Assembly: GCA_973895155.1 (NCBI GenBank)
Contig: OZ316899.1
Coordinates: 9,546,287 to 9,610,286 of the forward strand
Direction of reading: 5' to 3'
DNA length: 64,000 nucleotides
Source: Marsupella aquatica
Taxonomy: Eukaryota > Plantae > Marchantiophyta
Shown piece after piece: positions 47,308-59,369 of the stretch (position 1 is its first letter; each line of letters begins with the position of its first letter). The translations under genes and the position numbers were made by a program. Under the pieces are notes generated by a model. It did not search any database. It had not been told where the DNA came from and was given only the letters and a program-made list of their open reading frames with translations.

Positions 47308-49694
47308 TGACTACATGTGTACATGACATATTCATTATGGGTGACCCTTGCATTTTGCATTATTTCAATTTCATTGTAAGCTTTATCACGGAAACCCTTT
47401 CTCTAATTGTGATCTGTCATTGCATATTGATAATTCTAGGATGGTGTACATATTACTCCCACACCTCATCCATCAATGATGACTACATCAGTCCGTGCCT
47501 TTCACATACGTCCACCTTAAATTTCTCAGATGAGGAGGATGTTGAGGGTCATCCCCTTGACCATGATGATATGGACGATCAGGATGAGGAGTACCATGAT
47601 GCATATGATGGAGAGTTGGATGATGATGTTGATAATGACGGAGATGAGGGAGATGACCCTATCCTTGAAGAAGATGCCTTTGCTCACCTTGTTGACGTTC
47701 ACTTTGGACCTCATGCACCTGACGCTGAGCACCCTATCATGGAAGTAGATCAAGAAGATTGGGATCACTTGGAAACTTAAGCCAGGACACCACTATTTGA
47801 GGGTTCTCCATCCTCATGGTAAGGTTGTCCATTAATAATCACAACTCTGGAATTTCATCCATTGGATATTGGGCAGTCTAAGTTGTAGTGCCAGGCATGC
47901 CATCTAGCTACCTGGACTAATTGCATAAAGTCTGGTCTTTGTGGTTTTTGCAAATACAGGTTGGGTGCAACTTTGTTGATGTTGAATTTGCAAGGAGTTT
48001 TCAATGGTTTGGATGTCCATACAGATGCACTCTTCCAATTGTTCCACACCAAACTCTTGCCCCAACCAAACACTCTCCTTGGATGTGTGAGGGAGGCTAA
48101 GAAGTTGTTAGCCTCAATTGGATTGGCTTTAGAGACTATCCACATGTGCCCAGGTTGGTGCATCTTGTATAGAGGGGTGTACAAGGATCACACTCACTGC
48201 CCAGAGCAACACTATAGGCTTCCATGATATTGACCAGACACCATTGGAGACAAGATTGCAGATAAGGTAATGTTTTCCTCGACACAATGTGAAAACAACA
48301 AAGTCTGACTTTTAACGTTGTGTTATTTCAAACTACGCCGTATAGGACTATGTTACTCGATTACTTTACGTCGTCCACCTCACTTAACGTCATTCAAAAC
48401 AACGTTGATTTTTGTTAACGTTGTCTGAGAAACAGTAACTAACGTCTTAAGGTACATCGTAATTAAATAATGTTGTCTGTGACCCTGTTCTTATTTCTGA
48501 AATGTAGCTTTGAAGGACGTTTAGTTTTATTGACGTCAAATTGACGACGTTGCATTGACTCTGGCAGGGTTTTTGTTATTTCCCAATCACGCCCCGACTT
48601 CAACATCTCTACCAATGAATTCACTTATCCACACTACAAACTTGGCATGTGGAGAACAAATCCCCACCAGGGATAATGCAATACCACCAAGATAGTCCAG
48701 CGTGGAAGCACATTGATGCCACTTGGTTGGATTTTGCCCAGGAGCCTAGAAATGTTTGTTGGGGGTTGGTAATCGATGGAGTGAACCCATATAAGTAGCA
48801 ACGGAAGCCTAAGTCCATCTGGCCTGTTCTTTTGATAAATCAGAACATCCCTCCATGGTTGGCGATGAAAAAGGGTCATGTGCTTCTATTAGCTATAATT
48901 CCTGGACCCAAGGCTTGTAAGAATCCTGATATCTGTTTGGCTCCAGCTTATGAAGAGCTACATAATCTGTGGGAGGTTGGAGCATCAACAATAGATGTCA
49001 CTTGTGAACCAGGCAATGGCCGGACCTTCAATATGAGGGTGATGATCACTCATTGCACCACAAATGGTCCAAGTAATTCAGTGGGCAACCCAATGGCTAT
49101 TGTTTGCACAATGTCATGTACAATGCATGTGTTGGGGTTATTTGTGGTCTAAACATGGTTCAATGAAATGGCAGGTACGGGGACAATATCTGGCCTGAAG
49201 GTGGCTGGTTATTCAGCTTGCCCTTCATGTGGCCCAGAGTCGCGTGGGAGGTACTCAAGACTACTACACAAAACCACATATGCGGGCAGTAGGGTCGGGT
49301 TGGCAATGGATGACCACTTGCAACAAAACACAACACATTGGGCAGAGACTGAATTGCGGCCATGTCCTAATGGCCCTTCAGCTGAAGGGAATTCAAATGG
49401 CAAAGACGGTGGAAGCAAAGTTACTGAAACCCAAGGATTGTGGAGTCAATCAACGCTTAGCTATGTGGGACTTGCCTTATTGGAGGGTAAGTAACAGAAG
49501 TGCATGGTTTCTCTACAGCAAATTAGCACAATAAAATGCTTAATTTAGAGATTGCAACTGATGAAATATGCTTTTTCAATTTCCAGAGACTCCAGGTTTG
49601 ATGGTTGTTGGACCCCATGCACATTGAAGTGAATGTTGCTAAGAACTTGGTGAAGCACATTTATGGGATGAATGACACTCGTGGAGTCCAAGAG

Positions 49695-49989
49695 GATGGG
49701 GTATAGCGACGGAGACAGGAAACAGGTAAACAGGAATTTTTTTTCCTGTTTTTAATATGCTGTTACCAGGAAAAAATCACTGTTACCAGAAAAAATGATA
49801 ATTTAAAAATGTCTCCTAAAACATGTTATTTCCAAAAACAATTAGCAATGCAACATTTTTGGCTAACTTTGGGCGCTAGCAAAAAAAAAAATTCAAAAAA
49901 AAAATTCAAAAAAAATTCCACCCATTTTCCTGTTACCAGTTTCTGTTATTAAATCCTGTTTCCTGTTTGTTGTCTTTTGTAAACACCTC
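49695..49989. mobile_element. Small MITE-like insertion with 4-bp TSD AGAG, inside the CACTA transposase
   Basis: AGAG at 49691-49694 and 49990-49993. Inverted ACAGGAAACAGG / CCTGTTTCCTGT near the ends. Removal restores the frame MNDTRGVQEYAKRVG. Confidence 0.75.
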
Positions 49990-51325
49990 AGAGTATGCTA
50001 AGAGAGTTGGAGTTGTGAAGAGTTGTTGGATAACACGTATTGGGGAGAAACCTCTTGGTCCTTGGATTTTGCCAAAAGCCGTTTTGAAGGACATGAACGG
50101 GATGATAAGTGAGATGAAGTTCCCTAGCCATTACGGAGCTGGTTTTTGTGGATGCACTACAAGGAATGATCACGTACCCCCAATAGGGTTGAAGTCTCAT
50201 GATTATCACAAGTTGATTCAGCATGTGCTACCAACAGTCTTGCGTTGTTGTGATGATTCCCGAGAGCGTCATTTAATCCGTTTGACTATATATGAGATGT
50301 GCTCCATTTTCAGGTATGATCATGTACCTTCTCTTCCATTGCTATCTTGCAACTCCTTGTTGCCACTTTTGGACCTGTAATTCAACAAGTATTTCAAACT
50401 TATTTGCCCACACTTGGTGTGGATCTGATATACAAAATCTTGGATGGTTTTGAGGAGGAAGATAGGTAGGTATGCGCTAAGGAGATAAAGTAGTCGGAAA
50501 TTCCTTTGATGAGGGAGAGGTCAGCTCGTGTGATGTGCAATATGGAGAAGGTGTTTCCCCCATGCATATTTGACATGCAATTGCATTTACTATGTCACTT
50601 GGTGGATGAGGTCACGGTGGCTGGTCCTGTTCATGCACGTTGGATGTATTGGGTAGAGCGCTACATGAAAGTGCTCAAGTCCATGGTGCATCAACCAGCT
50701 CGACCAGAGGGAAGTATGGCAACAGGGTATGTCATGTTGGAGTGCCTCTTTTATTCAGGAGGGATGATAGGGAGTTTTGACACAGAAGCTCCCACAACTC
50801 GGGAAGAGGCACAAGATGATGACATTGGTGGGTTGCGTTTGATGGGTGCGTCAAAAAAGCGTTCACTACATGACGACATACTTCAACTACAAATCCATAA
50901 TTATGTGTTGGGAAATCGCCCAAAGATGTCTCAGTGGAGGGAGTTGCATAGGTACATATATGCAACTCTATGTATATGTTTATCTAATGGTATATGTTAT
51001 TCTACATTCTATGTGTGTAGAATTTAGAGTGGGTTAAAGGAGCACTTCTTTGGATTGTGCAATATTCTCATGGATATAATGATTACATTTTTGCAGTGCA
51101 TTCATGGAGCAACAACAGATAGTTCCAGGACGGTATGCATTATTTTGCATATGGGCATTGGAGCGCATGGATAGGCTCCTTGCAGAGCATGGACCCTTAT
51201 CCATTCCCATTGATGTACAAGACATCATTAGGGGACCAGGGTTGTGGGCAACAACCCATACACACATGTATGAGTTGGGGCACCACTTTTGCACTTGGAG
51301 GACAGACCACATGAAGAAGAGTACA

Positions 51326-51346
51326 TTTAGGGTTTAGGGTTTAGGG
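51326..51346 (+). repeat. Interstitial (TTTAGGG)3 inside transposase coding sequence
   Basis: tttagggtttagggtttaggg between KKSTF and GVFMLTD. Confidence 0.85.
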
Positions 51347-52229
51347 TGTGTTCATGTTGACAGATCCAGGTGATGTTGAGATTCCCTATTGTGGCATTGT
51401 ATTGGATATTTTAGACGTTCACTTTGGGTCATTTACTACTACTATGTTGGAGGTGCGGTGGCACAAATCCATCATGTCACCTCCATCGAGAGCCACCATG
51501 GTGAAGATGAGTGTGGGTTCTATCGGGTAGACACGACTCGTGTAGCACCATTTGGGACTGAGGTTAGTGACACTATAGTATTTCCTAGCCAGGTGGATCA
51601 GTGTATTATGGTTCCGATGCACACTATGCAATGATGGTCCATCGTCATTCCCATCTTCCCACGACGGAGGAAGGGTTTGATGGAATCAGTAGTTGTAGAA
51701 AATATGGATTAATGACCAAAAAAGTATTCAGTGCATGTATATATATATATATATATTGGTTATGACCACCTTCATGGGGGTTTGTAGCATCTGTGGGTAA
51801 TGTCGTTGTATGAAAATTATGTCCTGACAAGCAAGGTAGACCGACGTATCTTCAAACTATGTCGTACCAGACAACCTCTTTACAATGTTAATTCCATTTA
51901 ACATGGTTCAATTGAGGCCTAAACGACGTTCCTTTACCCACAATGGTCTTTTACGCGATGTAAACTGTCCTCATAAAACTATGTACGTTTATTAATGTCA
52001 TTCAGATTGACTACGTATTCAACAAAAGATGTCGAGTTTTGCAACGTTACTATCTCCGCGTGACGTTAATGACAATGGCGACATTAATTGACACATGCAT
52101 TCAAAATGAAAACAATGAGGGAGTCTTTATTTAGATTCAGTATGATACATATATACAAAGGTCCTACAAAGCACATTGTGTATCCACCACAAAGCAATGC
52201 TAACCTACCCGAATCACTATCCTCCTTCA

Positions 52230-52990
52230 TCCGCTAACTTCTAGATTGTTGCTACTTAAGGAGTTCCTTCACCAGACCAGTAGTACTCATCATCTGCCTT
52301 CCTTGCTTTGTACACATCACGCCTCTGGCTCTAGTTCCATTTCTTCTGGACAACCGCTTCCCCAGCCTTTAGCTTTTCAGCCGCAACCTCAGTTGCACAA
52401 CTTTTCTTGTAATCATACAAGCCAATGTCAAGCTCAGTGGGGGACAACTCACATTTGGGTAACGTAGGTGGATATGCCTCCCCATCATCTGGGTTGGGTG
52501 ACTCATCCAACATCTCATCATCACCTGGCTGCAGCAAGAAGTCTCCTGGATCCAACTGTTTGTTGGCCAAAATTCAACACTCTACCCAAACGGATAGAAA
52601 TGAAATGCACCGTCTCTGCAAAGTGCTCCATCAATCCATGGTAGTCATTGAAGTGCTCAACAATTTCTTTCCATGTATAGGCCAGCAAGTATTCTGTTTC
52701 CAAGGTACAGAACTTCTCAATAACACCTCCCCAACAAAAGAACCCACAGACAGTCTTGTCCTCTTCACCAAGTGGAAGGAAGCAACAATGTACATCCTTG
52801 AACAACTTGCACACCATGATTGAGCATTGAGTCTATCCCACACTGCAATTTCTCTATACTCAAGAAGAGTGCATTGTCCAAATCATGAATGCAAGCCTAC
52901 TTTGGTCTCAACAGTCTTAAACTACTAACCTCCCGTAGAAAGCCCGAGCTACTACTCAAGTTAGCATGGACTACTCCTCATTCAAGTCAT
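52230..52990 (-). pseudogene. Decayed convergent ORF of unknown function, probably part of the CACTA element
   Basis: Overlapping fragments 52521-52817 and 52331-52570, bracketed by the same ACGT-rich motif blocks as the transposase intron. Confidence 0.4.
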
Positions 52991-53609
52991 CCAAACCAAT
53001 GTACTTGACGTCCAACACGGCTTGGTTCATCTGTTATGTCGTATAGAACACCATAACCTGGGTAACGACTCAACCCACGACGTAACTATTAACGACGTAC
53101 AAACCTCCACACATTGCATCCTATCACGCATTTTTACTGAGGAAACGATGTCACAGATGACATTTTGGAAAGTTGATAGCACGACATTCATTTTATATGT
53201 GTTGCACACAACGTTATGAGTGGAGCAATTGGCAGCCCTATGTCTACGACATGTTCATTACGTCGTATCTAATTGTATACGTAGTCATGGAAGTCGTTAA
53301 CCATATTAACAACGTATGTCAAGATGTTGTGTTTGCATTCAACTCAACAAATTCTACTTGTGAAATTGTTAGCTCAGAATCTTCTATCTCCTTCTTGATC
53401 AGGTTAGCCAATGACGGATTGGAAATGGGGAAGCAACGGCTGCACCCAAAGAGGGGTTGTTCCTAACAAACAGTGGGTGTCGGCTTTGGCTTCAGCTTAT
53501 GGCAAGGCCATGCGGGCCCAAGAGGTGCTATTCGCTGACCCAACTTATCAATGTCTGTTAAGCTTGAGTTAGGATGCTAGTCTTGGAAGGCCTAGATCCT
53601 TTGGGTTAC

Positions 53610-55473
53610 TGAAATGTTACATTTTAGCCAGTTAAGATTAGTAGCAATTAAGCTAATAGTTGAGTTATAGTTAAGTAGAAATCAAGACTTTAAAGCCTTC
53701 ACAATGTTAACCCTAGAAACCTCTAGACAAACTTCATTTTTCTAGTCGAGGTTCAGTTTTTGTGATATAGCGAAAACTTTACGGAGATGGAGCAATCTGG
53801 AGTCCTCTGTCTGATTGGAGTAACCATTGAAGCTATTTGGGGCATGCATGGTAGCGAGCTAGTTTATGAAGGATGTGATATTCCCTTGGAAGATGGGAAA
53901 ATGTGCACTTTAGGTCCAAATGCTCGCAGAGCTAGAATGAACAGAGAACACCAGGATGCAGGGTCGTCGAATCAGAAGCGAATCGATCATTTTTGTAGAA
54001 CAGTTGGATCAGGCCAATACCTGTACAATTTCTTTGTGCAAATCAACATTGTTGTGTATCAAGTATGGGAAGAAGCTGGATGTCAATTGTTTGGAGTGCC
54101 TGGTCATGAATTTCACAAGCAACTTGGAACCCAGGAGAGAGACTGTCACCGTGTAATGAATGAGTTCTGGGTAGTGAGAATTGCAGAGAACCGCAGCAAG
54201 AGTACTCAACAGATACTGGGATTCCAGAGAATGAGGACTCACCTCACATACCGGCGATTAGAAGCAAGAGTCAGTGAAACGCCAGTAGAACCGGTGGAGG
54301 TAGCCATTCAAGCGCTTAACATTGGAGCCACCGAACCAAAGAATGAACTTTCGACTGATCGTTCCAAAGAATGATTAACCGAAAGACAACCAGTTAAGAG
54401 ATGCATGATCCAATAGCGAGTAACAATTAATAGTTACTGTGACAAGTAACGATTAACCTGTGCCTTTAGTAGAATAAAGCGGTTAGAAAAACTGAGCAAT
54501 TTGACAGTTACAACTGCTAATTGTTAGAGTAAGTTGGGCAAACTTGCCCGTAGCAGAAATATAGGGTAGCAGAGTAGGAATGGGAGAGGTCTTTTGTTGT
54601 GGAAACTTTCAGGATCAGGAAGCTCGAGAGGCAGCCCAAGAGGAGGTAGTGCCGGATTGCTAGATCTGGAGGTAGATGGAAGCCCATGGAAGAAAAACCA
54701 TGTAAAGAAATTGATGTGAAAGATGCAATCAAGGCCTATTGGCAGGAATTCAAGGAGCATTTGATTGCATAGCTTGTATTTGTTGTATGTCAGTAGAATC
54801 AAGACTAAGAAATTGATATTGAAAAAGAGATGGCTGGAAATATTAACCTTTGACAATGGAGAATTCATTTGGATTTGGTTGGAACCTGTAAAAAGAAATA
54901 TCAGAATAGTATGGCATGTGGTGATTGAGATTACAAACAGTTAAAGGAATCCTTGCCAAAATGAAATGTTGAGTAATGGATAAGAGGCAACTTCTGAGTG
55001 AGACCCAGAGTAGGTAACATGGAATTAGCTACCTCTGATTGGTCGTTTAAATTGGAACACATCCCATTTGGGCTACAAAATGCCCCAAATGAATGTAAAG
55101 CCTGATTGAGAGTTGGGTGAGAATTATTAGGCAGGAAGAAGAAGAGTCAGTGTCTGAGGAACTTTCTATAATGGGTTTGGAAATCCTATTTGAAGAAACC
55201 TTAACTGAAAGGGAAAAGGGAAATTGACATTCAATTCAAGTAACAGGCGGAAGATCAAACTAAGATAGTTAGATCACTGTCTCGAGTAATCGTACAGGTC
55301 ATCACTAATGGTTTGACAAAAAGGTTAAATGGAAGATGAAAGTGAATGAGAAATCGGATCAATTGAAACCGTATGATGTTTAATTGATACAAAGAAGGAT
55401 AGAGGAGGAGTTAGGAGTTCCGGAGGAGGGTTAACTGCAGGAGTTGGCAACCAGTCAACTTCAGCGGTTAACA
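53610..55473 (+). mobile_element. Solo-LTR-like insertion (about 1.86 kb) with TSD GTTAC
   Basis: Ends TAACA at 55473, followed by GTTAC. The left end is at 53610 (TG) or 53621, both preceded by GTTAC. An empty-site homologue lies at 39405-39440. Confidence 0.75.
53787..54374 (+). CDS. Open 195-aa ORF resembling the RPA70 C-terminal zinc-binding OB fold
   Basis: LVYEGC....DGKMC...HFC...YLYNFFVQI...VWEEAGCQLFGVPGHEF parallels the Y.AC..C.KK..C..C..Y......F...AE.LLG..A.E pattern. Confidence 0.55.
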   Translation: MEQSGVLCLIGVTIEAIWGMHGSELVYEGCDIPLEDGKMCTLGPNARRARMNREHQDAGSSNQKRIDHFCRTVGSGQYLYNFFVQINIVVYQVWEEAGCQLFGVPGHEFHKQLGTQERDCHRVMNEFWVVRIAENRSKSTQQILGFQRMRTHLTYRRLEARVSETPVEPVEVAIQALNIGATEPKNELSTDRSKE

Positions 55474-56673
55474 GTTACTTACCAAGGTGTTTGGTGGCTT
55501 GTGCAGGCAGTGAGGACTGTTGAGCAACAATCATGTTAGGGAGCAAGTGCAACTTTGTATGGGAGTGGCCGTTGGGGGTGCAAGGGGCACCAAGTTGCTT
55601 GCTAAAGGAGTTCTGTGGAGACGTTTGGGCACCAAGAGCACTTAGGCGTGGGTGCTGGGATTGGTGAGGGTGCTAGATGGCAAGGTCCACCAGTGGGTAG
55701 GACTAGACTATCCTTCAAGCTCTTTGTATCCTTTGAAGAGTCAGGTGCTGGTCAACTCCTAGTTGCTAATCAAGGACCTCTAATACTCCTCTCATTGGAA
55801 TAGGTGCTTTATTCCACTCCTTTGGCATTGTCACACCATTCTAGGTAGTGTTAGAGTGTATCGTACTATCTAGATCCGTATGTTTGGTATGTGTGCTATA
55901 TGAGCCGATAAGGTTCCGTTAGGTTTGTGTGAGAGGGTACTTCTCACTTGTGAGGCATTGAAAGGTCATCTTTCAATGTTGAGCCTTGGAGAGAGAGGAG
56001 CTTGAGTGTGGCTATGGTGGCTGTGAGCTCCGCTTGTATAACGTGGATTCCTTGAGTAGTGCAAGGTGCGTTGGCTTGACATACGTGTGTGATCGGATCG
56101 GTGCGGGATCGATAGGGTATTGTTGACCGGGATCGTTGTGCCGATTGTGGAGGGAGATTACATTGAAAGATCAGATGCAAACTCTGCTGTGCGGACTGTG
56201 CAAACATAAGTTCGTATGTGTTGATTGAGTTGGCGACGGTTTGGGAAAATCATTGTGTGGATCCGTGGTAGCTCGGATCATATTGAATAGATCATTGGCA
56301 TCTTGGTTGGTTGCTGGTAACGGATCTGAAGTGGGAGATCCGAGTTCTGAAGTTCTGCTATTGACGGTTTTTGGACAAAGTTCTCAAGCAGATCGGTGGT
56401 GCCGTCTGATCATTGTGAAGCCTTTGATAAGCTGATTGGGTGATTATTGTGAGCTCTTTGATAAGGGTTTGTGCGTGTAGTGGACTGCTCTGTAGATCTG
56501 AATTTGCATATCGTTTGGTCGATGTTTGTTCCATTTTTCAGGAAGAAAAGAAAAGAGCTTTCGACAAGTTTTGGGTTCCTGTTGGTCGAGAGCTTTTCGT
56601 GAAGGAAATTTACAGTTTTGGGGAGCTTTTCGTGAAAGAAGTAGTCGTTTTTGGGGTCGGGTGTGAGGCGCGC

Positions 56674-56910
56674 GAGGTCACCCATCCCGAAAGTGCTCGC
56701 GTGAGGCGATGCGTGAGGTCACCCATACCAAAAGTGCTCCCAACCGCGAGCACGAAGTCACCCATCGCGAGCGAAGGCAGGCGCAAGGTCGAGGTCACTC
56801 ATCTCGGGGCTATTCCGGGCCGTGAGCTCGAGGGGAGGCACGAGGGCTATTCCGAGTCGCGAGCGCAAGGCGAAGTGTGAGGTCACCCATCCCGAGGCTA
56901 TTCCCAACCG
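56674..56910. repeat. GC-rich dispersed repeat, 5 copies of a GAGGTCACCCATC-like motif, within an unclassified LTR/leader-like repeat
   Basis: Copies near 56674, 56715, 56754, 56791 and 56879. Confidence 0.7.
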
Positions 56911-59369
56911 CAAGCGCTTAACTGACAAGTTCTCATCCCACCTTGTGTACACACAAGTTTTTACAACTTGTTGTTTAGATTCAAGCGCCAGAGGGCTTTA
57001 TACACTTTCCGGTTTGCTTAGAGCCTTGTTTCGGCCAAATCATAGGCTCTTTAGAGGTTTTTGATAGTTCTAAGTTCATCTAAATACACAGATTGAACCA
57101 ATTCTGCATGGTTTCTCATCTATATGTGGAATGGCTCGATATAGGTTTATGTAAGAAACTTGTCATTTTTTGCTTTTTGAACAAGGAATAGTAAGAAAGA
57201 CGTTTAAGTGCTATCGGAGTAACTAGGTTTTAGGAACTTAAGTAGGTAGAATAGGAAAGATAGTGGAATGGAAGGTTACTGAGTTGTAAGCAAGTGACAA
57301 GGGATAAGAAAGGTCTATATGATGGGGCATACAACGTTCCGTCCTTATTTAGAATAGGCGACTATTCCGAGCCGGAGAAACAACCCGACACTTGAAGTCT
57401 TAGTTTTCGTTCAGATTTTTCCCATAGATTCTAGGAGGTCCCTAGAGCACCCCTAAAAAGTCAAATGTCAAGTGGGGTCTCAACCTAGGGTTTCCTTGTG
57501 TTTTGGTGTGACTTAAAATAACAAAATAGCAGGTCCCGGGAAAAATAGCTGATGAGTAAATTTAGGAGTTCCAAGTTTGGAAGTGGGTTAAATATGGTCC
57601 ACTATATCCCTGGAAACTTGTGGTAGAAGCTGGGTATATTTGGTTCCTTTTTGGGAGCATCTCAAAGGTGAGAAGAATTTTGGAAAATATAATAATTGAC
57701 CCACTTTACCTAATTTTAGAAAATCGGTGATAAGGTTTTGTTTAGATATTAATAAACCAGAACATAGCCCTATGTCCAGAGAATATGTATATATACTCAA
57801 AAGTCATTTTCGACTCATGTATGATTTTTTGGGGCGGTCCAAAACAGCCTGGAAATACTGTTTTCCCAACAAAAAAATCCGAAAAAATTTCTAAGTGTCA
57901 ACCGCGTCGGCGGCGACCACGACTTAAGCACGAGGCCGGGGCGACTCAAGCACGAGGTCAGGAACACCATAAGGGTCAATACATGAGATGCTTGCTTCAA
58001 ATTGGGATCAAGAGGCAGCTACGAAATTGAATTGAGCTGCTATAGCTTCAGGCATGGGATGCTGATCAGAATTGGCTGGCCGCCTTGATGCTGCTGATTG
58101 GAATCAAGCTGCGTGCTATGGAGAAATAGGCTGCTGCTGATCAAGAGCTAGTTGGCTGGCTGTGAGCTATGGTGGGCTATGAAATTGAAGGGCTGGCAGC
58201 TGATCAGACTTACTGCTGCACCAGAATTAGAAGGGCTAGCTTCAAGCACGAGATGTTGAGTGTTGGTTGATTAGTAAGTATGCTGCTAGCTCAATAGTGT
58301 TGCTGCTCTGCTAGCTACGAAGTTGAGAAGGGTGAGCTATGGCCGGCTGCTGGAGAATAGAGCTAGGCTGCTAGCAAATTGATTGAATGTAGTAGCAAAA
58401 GGACCAGCTGCAAGGAAGAACAAGGGCTAGCTGCGAATTGGTGGGCTATGGCTGCTGCAAAATTCTGCTGCGATTTTGAATCACCTGCAAGGTTGGATGG
58501 CTATGGAGGTGGACTGAGAAGGCTACTGCAAACCGGGCTGAGCTATCGATTGACCTGCTTGCTTTCAAATCCAACAGATCATGTTGCACTTTCAGATTGA
58601 ATTCAAGAGAGAGGAAAATGACTGCGAAAATTGATGTCTTTATAAAATTCTTCATAAGAAACGTGAGTATAATGAGAGTACTCTCCCCCTGGTGACACCT
58701 GGAATCTCCATAAGGGGCGTATAAAGTAAGTGTAATCGGGTCGCCGCTTACACCCACTTTACACCAAAAACAGGCCTTGGGAGAATGGGCATAACTTTGG
58801 CTAAAGGTATCGGTTGGGGCCCAATTTTTTTTGTGCTGAGTTAGGGGAAGGTAAGGCACCCCTTGGTGAAGGTGGAAACCCAGAAAAAGAGTCACTCAAA
58901 TATATTTTTAGCCGAGGCCATGAGGGGGTCCCGATAGCTTGCAAACCAAAGTCGGCATAGGGGAATGACTACCAGATTTAGGGGCTGACCTTTCTTGCAC
59001 CCATACTACTTTAGTTAGGCTCTAGGGAAGGGTACTTACCTTTGTTCAAAGGTGTAAGGTCATTATGTTAAGAAAAGTAAGTATAGGGGGTAGTTTACTT
59101 AGGTACTAAAGGGGTTACAAGTAAAATAAGGCCATCTTTGAATAGGCACAACTTGAGACTCACTCACTCTTTTTACAAGCTTTCAAGTGGGTTGGGAAGC
59201 TGGTGAGGAGGACCATAAGTGGGAGCAGGTTTTGAGGTCAAAGCATCCAACTCATGTGTGGCATATTCCAGGGCTTGGAAGGAGTCCAAACAATAGGTTG
59301 TAGGGTTGGCTACGAGCTATAGAGTTGGACTTTGTGTGGTAGGAGGACTTGGGGGAGGAGTAGTTGGAC

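Larger units (their letters stand above)
46236..51660 (+). pseudogene. CACTA (En/Spm) TnpD/Tnp2-type transposase relic, multi-exon; element ends not found
   Basis: CPCKQC...SHLGIHG; IHMCPGWCILYRG; DSPAWKHID...EPRNV...DGVNPY; NIPPWLAMKK...IPGPK; LDPMHIEVNV; GLKSHDYH; FDMQLHLLCHLV...GPVHARWMYWVERYMKVLK...RPEGS; PYCGIVLDI. Confidence 0.92.
38956..55692 (+). mobile_element. Old tRNA-Met-primed Ty3/gypsy relic (element 5) hosting later insertions; candidate TSD GTGGG
   Basis: Diverged LTR copies (38956-44462 and about 53395-55692, each interrupted) both end AAGGTCCACCA. PBS at 44467. GTGGG at 38951-38955 and 55693-55697. The pairing of the two LTRs is tentative. Confidence 0.5.

Noticed and set aside
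55870-59300. 3' LTR of element 4
   Set aside because: LTR-like in character, but no second copy, PPT or TSD can be identified inside the window.
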